Shown here: positions 1-9,686 of the stretch, piece by piece
Position numbering within the stretch: the first letter of the stretch is position 1
How the letters are laid out: every line of letters begins with the position of its first letter
Translations under genes and position numbers: made by a program
IMG/VR virus record: IMGVR_UViG_3300032280_000307
Span: 1-32,148 of that record
DNA length: 32,148 nucleotides
Reading direction: 5' to 3' (one strand)
Origin: a virus
Taxonomy: Duplodnaviria > Caudoviricetes
Notes under the pieces: generated by a model
Seen by the model: the letters and a program-made list of their open reading frames with translations, nothing else
The model's database searches: none
What the model was told of the DNA's origin: nothing

Positions 1-534
1 ATATTTCAAAAACTAGCAAAAAGAAACCGTGTTGGTTGGAGCATGAGCTTTGACAACATTGGCCCAAGATTAGAATATGTTCGGCATGGCGCCGAGTGGG
101 AAGAAATTAAACACAACCTTGGCTTGATCAAAAATCTAATGACCACACAGGGCCAGTGGGGCGGCATACATGCTGTGTACAACATCTACAATGCCACACG
201 TATTTGTGAACTGCGCCAGTTTGCAGAAGACACTGGCACAACTGTGTTATGGCAGAACTTGTTTCAGCCAGATTATCTTGATCCGTTCTTGCATGGGCCG
301 GGTGTTGCCGCCGAGGCCGTTGCCGAAATTGAACGCTTCTATGCAATGGGCATTGCTACTCCTGCTGAAAAAATGTTCTTCGACAACGCATTAAACACAT
401 ATCGTGCAGTCACCGCGGCAAAACCAAGAATAGAACAAAAATTTCAACAGCACATTGCAGAAATTGAAACCCAGTATCACACAGACAAAGCAGGAGAGTT
501 TGTAAAATTATGGCCGGAGTTGGCCAATGTTTGA
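1..534 (+). CDS. Radical SAM-type protein, C-terminal part (5' end lies outside the window)
   Basis: Frame 1 is open from base 1 (IFQKLAKRNRVGWSMSFD...). The segment SFDNIGPRLEYVRHGAEWEEIKHNL matches ISAETTDQHYEFVRHGNTWKRFTENI of the radical SAM protein at 10237. The CxxxCxxC motif is not in the window. Confidence 0.6.
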   Translation: MFQKLAKRNRVGWSMSFDNIGPRLEYVRHGAEWEEIKHNLGLIKNLMTTQGQWGGIHAVYNIYNATRICELRQFAEDTGTTVLWQNLFQPDYLDPFLHGPGVAAEAVAEIERFYAMGIATPAEKMFFDNALNTYRAVTAAKPRIEQKFQQHIAEIETQYHTDKAGEFVKLWPELANV

Positions 535-1297
535 AAATACACCAAGTCACGTTCAACAACAATATGCTAACAAAACTTTAAACTGGTGCAGTAGCGACAG
601 TGAAGAAAGATTCACTGCAAATTTAAAGGACAAAGACAAATATATATTACTTGATTTAAATGGCTGGGCCAATGACCACGAACGCACTAGATTATCTTAT
701 CAGTTTAATTCACAAGGATTTAGATCAAGAGAAATTAATGTTGATACCACAGGCATTGCTGTGTTTGGCTGTAGTTTTACTACAGGTATTGGCCTGCCTG
801 AATATGAATTATATCACTACTATCTTGGAAATCAATTAAAATTACCAGTTGACAATTTTGGAGTGCTGGGTGCATCAAATGGACTGATGTTCAGGCTCGC
901 ACAGTATTGGTTGCCTGTGTTAAAACCTCATGCAGTGGTGTTGCAAACAACATTTAAAGAAAGATTTGAAATAATAAATCAAGACAATGTGAGTAATGTT
1001 ATGTCTCCACAATGGAAAGAAATAACAAATCAGTCTGAGTTCCGTAATTGGTGGTTTACTGATACTAACAGCATTGTAGACCAACAAAGAAATGAACTAG
1101 CAATACGCCATCTATGTTATCAACTTGATATTCCAATTTTTGTAATTGATGTGGAAGATTTTAGAAATCCTGTACACGGCTTGTCGAGAGACTTAGATCA
1201 TTCGGGCCCACGCAATCATCAACAAGTGGCAGATCAGCTGTGCAAACAGATACATGCACATCCTCGGTTCCGTGCATTAAAAGATATAATTCCGTAA
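527..1297 (+). CDS. SGNH/GDSL-hydrolase-like protein
   Basis: FNSQGFR, block I-like VFGCSFTTG, NFGVLGASN and C-terminal DxxH (RDLDHSG). Paralog of the next gene. Confidence 0.6.
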   Translation: MFENTPSHVQQQYANKTLNWCSSDSEERFTANLKDKDKYILLDLNGWANDHERTRLSYQFNSQGFRSREINVDTTGIAVFGCSFTTGIGLPEYELYHYYLGNQLKLPVDNFGVLGASNGLMFRLAQYWLPVLKPHAVVLQTTFKERFEIINQDNVSNVMSPQWKEITNQSEFRNWWFTDTNSIVDQQRNELAIRHLCYQLDIPIFVIDVEDFRNPVHGLSRDLDHSGPRNHQQVADQLCKQIHAHPRFRALKDIIP

Positions 1298-1312
1298 TGG
1301 CAAAAGGTTTAT

Positions 1313-2059
1313 ATGTTTGACGTCGTAAATGTTCCGCCTTATCACACTGCACAATTCTGGGCAGGTCAGTCATTAGAATGGATGCCCACTGATTCAAAAG
1401 AAAAGTATGATGAAAATCTCAGAGATCCATTGTTTGTTGCCATTGCTGATGAAAAAGGTTGGACTAAGAATCTATCAATAACCTATAATATGAACAAGCA
1501 GGGATTTCGAGGAAAAGACTTTGATCTATCAGTTAAAAATATTGTAACACTGGGCGACAGTTTTACCATTGGCGTGGGACTTCGAGAAAACGAAGCCTGG
1601 CCCTACATTCTCGGAGAAAAATTAGCACTGCCTGTGCATAACATATCCTGGGGTGGCTGGTCTTGTGACACGTTGTTTAGAATGTCTCAATATTGGATCC
1701 CAGAGCTGTGTCCAGAACTAGTGGTCATGTTGGCACCAGGCTCAGGCCGTCTAGAACTACTCACAAGTGACACTGAACATTTAATTGTTACTCCGCAGGA
1801 CAACATGTCTAGCAATAACTATCTTAAACACTGGTTTTTAAATGATTCAAATTCAGAGCTTAACCGGATTAAAAACACATTGGCAATTGAAATGATTTGC
1901 AAAAAATTAAACATCAAATTTATGTGTTACTTGCAAGATACAGAAATGACAGGACGGGTAGCACACGATCCAACAAATGTTGCTCGCGACAACATGCACT
2001 GTGGCACTAAAACACACAGCATGTTTGTTGAAAAAATATTAAAGGATCTGCATGGCTAA
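1313..2059 (+). CDS. SGNH/GDSL-hydrolase-like protein
   Basis: MNKQGFR, LGDSFTIG, NISWGGWS and RDNMHCG (DxxH). Overlaps the terminase start. Confidence 0.65.
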   Translation: MFDVVNVPPYHTAQFWAGQSLEWMPTDSKEKYDENLRDPLFVAIADEKGWTKNLSITYNMNKQGFRGKDFDLSVKNIVTLGDSFTIGVGLRENEAWPYILGEKLALPVHNISWGGWSCDTLFRMSQYWIPELCPELVVMLAPGSGRLELLTSDTEHLIVTPQDNMSSNNYLKHWFLNDSNSELNRIKNTLAIEMICKKLNIKFMCYLQDTEMTGRVAHDPTNVARDNMHCGTKTHSMFVEKILKDLHG

Positions 2060-3626
2060 AAGTTTAGAAGGCGTACTGATCAAAGCACCACACCGCCGCC
2101 AGGCATTTTCAGAGTCCGAAATGACAGAATTTATGGACTGCGCAGACTCTGTGACCGGTCCTGCCTACTTTCTGGATCATTTCTTTTATATACAACACCC
2201 TACACAGGGCAAGATGTTGTACCATCCGTTTGAGTATCAGGCACGATTGATCAATGTGTATCACAACTATCGTTTCAGTATTTCAATGATGCCTCGACAA
2301 ACAGGTAAGTCAACGTCAGCAGCCGGCTACTTGTTATGGTATGCAATGTTTGTACCAGACTCAACCATTCTAATCGCCGCACACAAGTACACCGGTGCTC
2401 AGGAGATCATGCAACGTATAAGATTTGCTTATGAGTTGTGTCCAGATCACATTCGAGCAGGTGTCACTAGCTACAACAAAGGCAGTATAGACTTTGAAAA
2501 TGGTAGTCGTATCATATCAGCCACAACCACAGAAACAACTGGTCGTGGTATGAGTATATCACTACTGTACGCAGACGAGTTTGCGTTTGTGCGTCCTACC
2601 ATTGCCAAAGAGTTCTGGACCAGTATTAGCCCCACACTAGCAACTGGTGGTAAGGCCATTATCACATCAACACCTAACTCAGACGAAGACCAGTTTGCAT
2701 TGTTATGGAAGAGCGCCAACAAATGCGAAGATGAATACGGAAACCCAACACCACTGGGTATCAACGGATTTAAAGCATTCCGTAGTTTTTGGCAAGAGCA
2801 TCCAGACCGTGATGACGCCTGGGGTGCCAGTATGGAAGCACAGTTGGGTACAGATCGTTTCCGTCGAGAAATCGGCTGCGAATTTATTATCAATGACGAA
2901 ACACTGATTGCACCGGCTATCTTGGTTGAGTTAACAGGTCAGCATGAGCCCTTGTACAGAACAGGACAAGTACGCTGGTACAAACGGCCAGAGGCTGGCA
3001 AACTGTATGTTGTGGCCTTGGATCCAAGTCTTGGTACCGGAGGCGATCCTGCGGCCATCCAGGTGTTTGAAGCCAACACCACTATACAGATAGCAGAATG
3101 GCGACATAATCGAACCACAATTCCGGCACAGATACGTATATTAGCAGATGTTTGTAAGCATCTCAACGAAGCGGTCAAAGACACTAAAAGCATTTACTAT
3201 TCGGTAGAGAATAATACAATCGGCGAAGCCGCACTGATCTCTATTGCTGAGTTTGGCGAAGAAAATATCGAAGGTTACTTCCTAAGTGATAACTCGGTGG
3301 CCGGGGGCAGCCGTAGAATTAGAAAAGGCTTTAACACTACAAATAAAAGCAAACTGTCTGCTTGTAGCAAGTTAAAAATTCTAGTGGAAAGTAAAAAAAT
3401 GACAATCAATAGTGCACCGCTGATATCAGAACTCAAAACGTTTGTGGCACACGGAACAAGCTACGCTGCCAAACCCGGTGAAACAGATGACCTAGTAATG
3501 GGCACACTGTTGGTCATACGCATGATGCAGTTGCTACAAAACTATCACACAGAAATGGACTCGCAAATGCGTGATTTTGGCGACACTATGATTGAGCCCA
3601 TGCCGTTTTTTGCCACATTACGTTAA
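2052..3626 (+). CDS. terL: Terminase large subunit (T4 gp17-like)
   Basis: Walker A PRQTGKS, Walker B LLYADEFAF, motif III ITSTPN, nuclease acidic motifs ALDPSLG and TDDLVM, and RFRREIGCEF. Confidence 0.96.
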   Translation: MAKSLEGVLIKAPHRRQAFSESEMTEFMDCADSVTGPAYFLDHFFYIQHPTQGKMLYHPFEYQARLINVYHNYRFSISMMPRQTGKSTSAAGYLLWYAMFVPDSTILIAAHKYTGAQEIMQRIRFAYELCPDHIRAGVTSYNKGSIDFENGSRIISATTTETTGRGMSISLLYADEFAFVRPTIAKEFWTSISPTLATGGKAIITSTPNSDEDQFALLWKSANKCEDEYGNPTPLGINGFKAFRSFWQEHPDRDDAWGASMEAQLGTDRFRREIGCEFIINDETLIAPAILVELTGQHEPLYRTGQVRWYKRPEAGKLYVVALDPSLGTGGDPAAIQVFEANTTIQIAEWRHNRTTIPAQIRILADVCKHLNEAVKDTKSIYYSVENNTIGEAALISIAEFGEENIEGYFLSDNSVAGGSRRIRKGFNTTNKSKLSACSKLKILVESKKMTINSAPLISELKTFVAHGTSYAAKPGETDDLVMGTLLVIRMMQLLQNYHTEMDSQMRDFGDTMIEPMPFFATLR

Positions 3627-3639
3627 TACTAAACTCAGA

Positions 3640-3645
3640 TAAATA
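3640..3645 (+). promoter_or_regulatory. T4-late-like promoter core TAAATA
   Basis: GATAAATAG lies 7 nt before ATG 3653. The same motif and spacing recur before other genes. Confidence 0.55.
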
Positions 3646-3652
3646 GAACACT

Positions 3653-5926
3653 ATGGCACAGAATACTCCCGGACAACAACTTTTTGACCTATTGGTCACA
3701 CGTGGCTTTGACCCAGAAATGCTTGACAGCTCTGGCAAGGCCGCACCCACAGCAGAAGATGCTGAAATCTACAGTTTTGAATTTGTCAGTTCAGGCGGCA
3801 CAAACCACGGCACAGTGGTTGTTATGTTGGGAGATGAGAAGAACTTGGAATTGTTCAGCGGTGACAATGTTGGCCGCGGCATGGACAGCGAAGATAAAAC
3901 AGAATGGTACGAGTTCCAACATCAGCTTAAGAACTTTGCCACAAAGAATTTCATGACGTTTGGCAGTCAAAATATCAACAGACTCAAATACAGTATGCAA
4001 GGACAGGCTGCACTCAAAGAAGGCCTATACGAAAGTTGGAACGGCACAAAGAACATCAGTTGGAATGGCGGGCCAGATTCGGTACGCTTAATGATACGTC
4101 ACAAACGTCCAATGGGTGTGAACGAAGCACGTTTCCGTCAAGTGGAAAGTTTGTTTTTAGAAACAGCCGAGGGTGAACGCTACAAGTTACCATTCCGTAA
4201 CTTGGCTGGCGGCCGTGCTATGGTAGAACATGTGCGGCATGGCGGCAGACCCTACGACATGCGCGGACAGCACATTGCCAACATGGTTGAAGAACTCAAT
4301 GTGCTGAGTCGTTTCCGCAGAGCTAGCCAAGGTCGAGTGTTTGAAGGCGATACTGCCAATTTGATAACGGAAACCAATGCTTACCATGCCACAATGAGCC
4401 GGACTCTTAAAGGACTGGCCTCCGCACGTGGCTACAACAGCTACTTTGAAAGTTGGAATCCGGCTGACATAACAGAACAAGATGTAATCATCGAAGATAT
4501 TAAAACGCTATTTGTACAAGAAACAATTGATTCGCGAATCGAACAGGCCTTGCCAATCTTGGCCCGTATACAACAACAAGGAACTGCAATGAAAGAAGCA
4601 AACATATTCGAAACCTGGGCCAACAACCTGTTAGAAGGCACATGGGCAACACCTGACACACCAGAAGAACAGCAAGAACTTATTGCATTGTTGTCACAAG
4701 AGTTGCCGGTGGGCGCCGATGCAACCAACGCAACCGAACAGTTGTACAGTTTGGTCGGAGACGATATCCTATTTGACCAACTGCAAGAGTTGGCCGAACA
4801 AGATCCCGATGCTGACTGCCGTAGTTTGGTCATTGCACGTATCAGTGCTATGGCCAGCAAAGGATTTGATGATTTTGACACAGTGCTAGACGCACTTAAA
4901 TCAACTCAGTTGGCTCCGCCAACTGTTGCTCCAGAAGCACCGGTTGCACCTGCACCAGCAGAAGTTCCTCCTGTTGCTGAAGAAGATGAAGAATATTCAG
5001 TTGATGGCGGAATGAATAATGAACTATTGCAAGATGGCATGCTTGGAGCAGTGCTTGGCGGTGCTGCTGGCGCCGCACTGACAAAAAGTCCAGGTGGTGC
5101 AATGACCGGTGCCAAACTAGGCAGTGCCACACAAAATGCATTTGGCGAAGAAACAGATGGATCATGCAATCACAGTGCCGAAGGCGAACACTGTCCAGAA
5201 CACGGATTAAACGAGTGCGGCAGCATGTACGAAGGCGAGCAGGATACAATAGCTCGTTTACGCGAACTGTCAGGAATGCCCCATTCCGAGACAGATATGA
5301 CAGAAACATATCGGGTACCGGACACCGAAGACCGAAGCCGTTTTATACGTCACAACATTTGGACTGTTATGGACAGTGATGAAGAAGTAATGCAGTATCC
5401 AGTAGAAGGCAATCCGTTCTTCAGTGCTAAAAAGTTGATGCGCAAGCTGGATGACGAAGGCTACGACTTTACTCACGTGATAAGCCCAGAAGGCAGGATC
5501 ACATACTCGCCACAACATGATCCTAGACACCTTAAGAACTTTCCAGACGATCAAGTGGACGAAGGCCAGGAAGACAGTCCGGTGGCCAGCGCCATCACTC
5601 GTAGAATTTTAATGCAACGTTCAGACTTACTGAGCAAATACGGTCCAGAAAAAGTTACGGCCGCCATTGACGAAGTTGCAGACTTTGTGGGCGACACGGA
5701 AGAAATCGGCAGCAGTGATGTGAGTGGATGGATCAAGCAGGTTGAACAAATGCTGGGCAACATGGCAGAAGAGGTAGCAGTAACAACCGGTAACCCACCA
5801 TTAGAAGAAACAACAGCATTACAAGGCCAATACGGACATTCGGGCAAACTACAAAAGTTTGACGAAGTTGAGCAGGACATAGTGGCCCGTTTGCGTGAAC
5901 TGTCGGGATTGATCCGGCCAGCCTAA
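3653..5926 (+). CDS. Large acidic protein, possibly a protease-processed head/internal virion protein
   Basis: 757-aa ORF next to terL and behind a late-type motif. Acidic modular C-half, Pro/Ala linker, Gly-zipper-like stretch, duplicated EQDxxARLRELSG motif. Function is inferred. Confidence 0.5.
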   Translation: MAQNTPGQQLFDLLVTRGFDPEMLDSSGKAAPTAEDAEIYSFEFVSSGGTNHGTVVVMLGDEKNLELFSGDNVGRGMDSEDKTEWYEFQHQLKNFATKNFMTFGSQNINRLKYSMQGQAALKEGLYESWNGTKNISWNGGPDSVRLMIRHKRPMGVNEARFRQVESLFLETAEGERYKLPFRNLAGGRAMVEHVRHGGRPYDMRGQHIANMVEELNVLSRFRRASQGRVFEGDTANLITETNAYHATMSRTLKGLASARGYNSYFESWNPADITEQDVIIEDIKTLFVQETIDSRIEQALPILARIQQQGTAMKEANIFETWANNLLEGTWATPDTPEEQQELIALLSQELPVGADATNATEQLYSLVGDDILFDQLQELAEQDPDADCRSLVIARISAMASKGFDDFDTVLDALKSTQLAPPTVAPEAPVAPAPAEVPPVAEEDEEYSVDGGMNNELLQDGMLGAVLGGAAGAALTKSPGGAMTGAKLGSATQNAFGEETDGSCNHSAEGEHCPEHGLNECGSMYEGEQDTIARLRELSGMPHSETDMTETYRVPDTEDRSRFIRHNIWTVMDSDEEVMQYPVEGNPFFSAKKLMRKLDDEGYDFTHVISPEGRITYSPQHDPRHLKNFPDDQVDEGQEDSPVASAITRRILMQRSDLLSKYGPEKVTAAIDEVADFVGDTEEIGSSDVSGWIKQVEQMLGNMAEEVAVTTGNPPLEETTALQGQYGHSGKLQKFDEVEQDIVARLRELSGLIRPA

Positions 5927-5946
5927 TTTTTACAGTTTGAACAACC

Positions 5947-6011
5947 GCGTCATAAATATCATTGACGCTGACAACAAAAGCGTGTACACTACAACAGTGA
6001 CACGCTTTTTT
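5947..6011 (+). promoter_or_regulatory. Composite control region upstream of ssb: TAAATA motif, sigma70 promoter and two inverted repeats
   Basis: TTGACG(5962-5967)-17 bp-TACACT(5985-5990). Inverted repeats GCGTCA/TGACGC (5947-5968) and AAAAGCGTGT..CACT/AGTG..ACACGCTTTT (5977-6009), the latter running into a T tract. Confidence 0.65.
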
Positions 6012-6067
6012 ATTAGCATCACAGGCAACTTAGAAAACATTTTATAACACTAGAAAGGCAACTTAAA

Positions 6068-7048
6068 ATGGCATCATTAGCAGAAATCCGAGCACGTCTC
6101 GCAGCCTCAGAAGGCAACAACAAAGGTGGAGCATCCACTGGTGGTGATAACGCAATTTATCCACACTGGAACATGGAAGAAGGCGCATCCACTACACTCC
6201 GTTTCCTTCCAGACGGCAATACAAAAAACACATTCTTTTGGCAAGAACGAGCAATGATTCGTTTGCCATTCAATGGCGTCAAAGGAGAGATGGAATCAAA
6301 ACAGGTTTACGTACAAGTTCCTTGTATGGAAATGTGGCAAGAGACTTGTCCAATCCTGACAGAAGTACGCACATGGTTCAAAGACAAGAGTCTGGAAGAC
6401 ATGGGTCGCAAGTACTGGAAAAAACGCAGTTACATTTTCCAGGGCTTTGTGCGTGAGAATCCTCTTGCCGATGACAAGACTCCAGAGAATCCCATCCGTA
6501 GATTCATCATCGGTCCTCAGTTGTTCACCATTATCAAAGGTGCGCTGATGGATCCGGAACTGGAAGAAACTCCAACAGACACACTACGTGGTCTGGACTT
6601 CCGCATCACAAAAACGCAAAAAGGCGGCTTTGCTGACTACAACACTTCAAAGTGGGCACGTAAAGAGAGTGCGCTAACAGAAGTGGAACAGGCAGCAGTG
6701 GATGCACACGGCCTGTTTGATCTCAGCACATTCTTGCCCAAGAAGCCAGATGAAGCGGCTGTGAAAGTCATGAAAGAAATGTTTGAAGCAAGTGTTGATG
6801 GTCAAGCATATGACACAGAGCGTTGGGGTTCTTACTTCCGTCCAGCAGGTGTGTCTGCACCAGCAGGCAGTTCTGAATCTGCACCAGCCAGTGTTGCCGC
6901 TACAAAGGCAGTCCCTGCACCAGTGTCAGACTTTGACGATGACGAGCCACCTGTGGCAAAATCACCAGTGACAGCGCCTGCTACCACAGCGCCTACTCAG
7001 AAAGCCGAAGACATTTTGGCCATGATCCGAGCACGTCAACAGAAGTAA
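6068..7048 (+). CDS. ssb: Single-stranded DNA-binding protein (T4 gp32-like)
   Basis: TLRFLPD, CxxxxxxxCPI, KYWKKRSY, GLDFRITKT..GFADYNTSKW, and a low-complexity Ala/Pro/Asp tail. Adjacent to uvsX. Confidence 0.9.
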   Translation: MASLAEIRARLAASEGNNKGGASTGGDNAIYPHWNMEEGASTTLRFLPDGNTKNTFFWQERAMIRLPFNGVKGEMESKQVYVQVPCMEMWQETCPILTEVRTWFKDKSLEDMGRKYWKKRSYIFQGFVRENPLADDKTPENPIRRFIIGPQLFTIIKGALMDPELEETPTDTLRGLDFRITKTQKGGFADYNTSKWARKESALTEVEQAAVDAHGLFDLSTFLPKKPDEAAVKVMKEMFEASVDGQAYDTERWGSYFRPAGVSAPAGSSESAPASVAATKAVPAPVSDFDDDEPPVAKSPVTAPATTAPTQKAEDILAMIRARQQK

Positions 7049-7058
7049 TGTAGCACTT

Positions 7059-7083
7059 ACACAAGGGAGATTCTCCCTTGTGT
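7059..7083 (+). terminator. Strong hairpin between ssb and uvsX (terminator/attenuator or processing site)
   Basis: Perfect inverted repeat ACACAAGGGAGA-T-TCTCCCTTGTGT with only a weak U tract after it. Confidence 0.6.
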
Positions 7084-7120
7084 CTTCTCATAATTAAAAA
7101 TAAACATTTAAAGGAAACAA

Positions 7121-8185
7121 ATGGCAAAACCATTTGACATATCAAAGTTCCGCAAGGACATTACCAAAAGTATTCAAGGTTTGAGTATTGGATTTAACGA
7201 TCCCACAGACTGGATTGGCACAGGTAACTACGCATTAAATTATCTTATCTCTGGAGACTTCAACAAAGGTATCCCGCTTGGTAAAGTAACTGTGTTTGCT
7301 GGAGAATCGGGCGCAGGCAAAAGTTACATCTGTAGTGGCAACATTGTGAAGAATGCACAAGAACAAGGTATCTTTGTTATTCTTGTTGACACAGAGAACG
7401 CACTAGACGAATCTTGGTTACACGCACTGGGTGTGGATACTGATCCTGCAAAACTGCTCAAACTCAACATGAGCATGATTGACGATGTGGCCAAAGCAAT
7501 TTCCACATTTATGATTGATTACAAAGCACTGCCGGATGAAGAACGCATGAAAGTGCTGTGGGTAATTGACTCGCTGGGCATGTTACTAACTCCCACAGAT
7601 GTGAATCAGTTTGAAGCCGGAGACATGAAGGGTGACATGGGTCGTAAACCCAAAGCACTCACAGCCTTGGTTCGTAACTGCGTAAACATGTTTGGCAGTC
7701 ACAATGTTGGCCTGGTAGCAACCAACCACACCTATGCCAGTCAAGACATGTTTGATCCCGATGACAAGATTTCCGGTGGCCAGGGTTTTATTTACGCATC
7801 AAGTATTGTTGTTGCTATGAAGAAAATGAAACTCAAGGAAGACGAAGATGGCAACAAGGTAAGCGAAGTCAACGGTATCCGTGCTGGTTGTAAAGTGATG
7901 AAAACACGCTATGCCAAGCCATTTGAAGGCATGCAGGTCAAGATTCCTTATGCTACTGGTATGAGTCCGCACTCGGGCTTGGTCGACTTGGCAGAGAAGA
8001 AAAACATTCTCAAGAAAGAAGGCAACAGTTTGGTGTTTACCACAAGCGATGGCGAAATAATCAAACAGTTCCGTAAAAAATGGGAAGCAAACGAAAACGG
8101 CTGTTTAGACAAACTGATGGCAGACTTTGCCAATCAGAAAGAAGAAAAAACAGTCGTAGATGACACCACTTCCGCAGAGGAATAA
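7121..8185 (+). CDS. uvsX: RecA-like recombinase UvsX
   Basis: Walker A GESGAGKS, VDTENALD, VIDSLG, ATNHTY and SGGQGFIYASS. SD AAGGA upstream. Confidence 0.95.
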   Translation: MAKPFDISKFRKDITKSIQGLSIGFNDPTDWIGTGNYALNYLISGDFNKGIPLGKVTVFAGESGAGKSYICSGNIVKNAQEQGIFVILVDTENALDESWLHALGVDTDPAKLLKLNMSMIDDVAKAISTFMIDYKALPDEERMKVLWVIDSLGMLLTPTDVNQFEAGDMKGDMGRKPKALTALVRNCVNMFGSHNVGLVATNHTYASQDMFDPDDKISGGQGFIYASSIVVAMKKMKLKEDEDGNKVSEVNGIRAGCKVMKTRYAKPFEGMQVKIPYATGMSPHSGLVDLAEKKNILKKEGNSLVFTTSDGEIIKQFRKKWEANENGCLDKLMADFANQKEEKTVVDDTTSAEE

Positions 8186-8203
8186 CATGACAGTAGATTT
8201 AGC
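8180..8203 (+). repeat. 24-bp direct repeat, copy 1 (GAATAACATGACAGTAGATTTAGC)
   Basis: Identical to 9967-9990. Spans the uvsX stop and the ATG of the next gene. Confidence 0.95.
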
Positions 8204-9686
8204 TACTGAGAAAAAATTTGCCAAGTTGTTGGTACAAGGTCACTGTACAATTACTTCTGCTGATTTAATAAATGATAATGCAGTAGTTGTTGATTATACT
8301 TTTACTCGACGCAACAAAAGTTATCTACTATCACGTGTACAATATTGGAAAGAATTTTTACGCAATAAAAATGTTAAACGCATGATTATAATGCGTCATA
8401 ACAGCGTTGACTCTATTGCAATTTTTTATGCCTGTCTTGAAATTGAAGTTCAAATTGTTGTGGCCCCAGTGGATAAAGATGATTTCCCTCATTATGTTGC
8501 TCAAACAGACTTGGCAATAGCAGATAAAAATTTTTTATACTGGACTCAAAATAGCAAATATGTTGACCTAGCAAACTTATCAAATCTCTTTTTACTAACC
8601 GAAAAAGAAATATCTAACGAATTTGATAAAAAGAAATATGTATATCAACCAGAAATAATAAATTTTGATTTTGAAATTGTCAATGCCTACACCAGCGGCA
8701 CCACTGGACAACCAAAAAAATTAATACATCAAACTAAAAATTTGTTAACTGGTATCAGTATGGCAGCAAATTTGTTTTCTGACACTGATATCTTTGCTAG
8801 TCATTGTAGCACCAATCACATAGGCATGGTAGCGGTAACGTTGTTAGGACCACTATACGCAGGCTCAACTCTGTTTACAATACAATTTATTCACGAATTA
8901 GGATTATTGGCAGCTCGCGGGTTGTTTACAAAAGTTTTTCTTTACGAAAAAGATTTACTTTATTACCGTAAAGGCGCAAAGCTCGAATTACCGCATGATT
9001 GTTTTCAGAATTGCACAGTAATGTCGGGCGGTAGTCCGTGTAGTGTACATTTTATAACAGATGTATTCAATTTAGGAGCCAAAAAATTTATTAATCTCTA
9101 CGGCAACAATGAAGGAATCATGCAACAATTTTACAAAGAGTTCGGTTCTCCATTGGATGAGATTTTACATGCTGACATGGGAACAGGAGTTACAGATGTT
9201 GACTTTAAGATCTGTCAAGGAACATTATGGATAAGATCACCGTCACAAGGTCCGCATCTAGAAGTAGATTCTGAAGGATTTTTTAACACACAAGACTATG
9301 TAGAAATAAAAAATAATAAAGTTTTTTATCTCGGTCGGACAAAGTATGTTACTAAAAATACCCAACAAGTGTTTGATTCTCAGATAAAACGTGCTATAAA
9401 TGTGGCTATGATAATGCCTGTGTACTACGCAGAATTAATTTCGGATATTGATTACCAACAAGAACTAGATCAATTTGAGATTAGAATCTTTCCAATGAAT
9501 CACAATGCTCATGATATTTTAAAACAAAGTCTGTTAAATATTCATGATCAGGTAAAGAAAATCATTGGCAAATCTTCAGTGAACATTGTGGTAGATGAAC
9601 GACTTGTAGATTTTAATTTGGCTATGACCGGTATTAAACCCAATGTGTTTAATATTAAAAAAAATATAGAAAGTAATATACTATGA
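8187..9686 (+). CDS. Adenylate-forming (AMP-binding, ANL superfamily) acyl-CoA ligase-like enzyme
   Basis: P-loop YTSGTTGQPK, MSGGSP, NLYGNNEG, FFNTQD, YLGR and terminal TGIK. Start placed at ATG 8187 (MTVDLA) behind GAGGA. Confidence 0.85.
   Translation: MTVDLATEKKFAKLLVQGHCTITSADLINDNAVVVDYTFTRRNKSYLLSRVQYWKEFLRNKNVKRMIIMRHNSVDSIAIFYACLEIEVQIVVAPVDKDDFPHYVAQTDLAIADKNFLYWTQNSKYVDLANLSNLFLLTEKEISNEFDKKKYVYQPEIINFDFEIVNAYTSGTTGQPKKLIHQTKNLLTGISMAANLFSDTDIFASHCSTNHIGMVAVTLLGPLYAGSTLFTIQFIHELGLLAARGLFTKVFLYEKDLLYYRKGAKLELPHDCFQNCTVMSGGSPCSVHFITDVFNLGAKKFINLYGNNEGIMQQFYKEFGSPLDEILHADMGTGVTDVDFKICQGTLWIRSPSQGPHLEVDSEGFFNTQDYVEIKNNKVFYLGRTKYVTKNTQQVFDSQIKRAINVAMIMPVYYAELISDIDYQQELDQFEIRIFPMNHNAHDILKQSLLNIHDQVKKIIGKSSVNIVVDERLVDFNLAMTGIKPNVFNIKKNIESNIL

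Noticed and set aside
7121-8185. Bacterial recA, i.e. a host chromosome origin
   Set aside because: The sequence is UvsX-like and flanked by gp32-like, UvsY-like and terL genes. There are no housekeeping genes.
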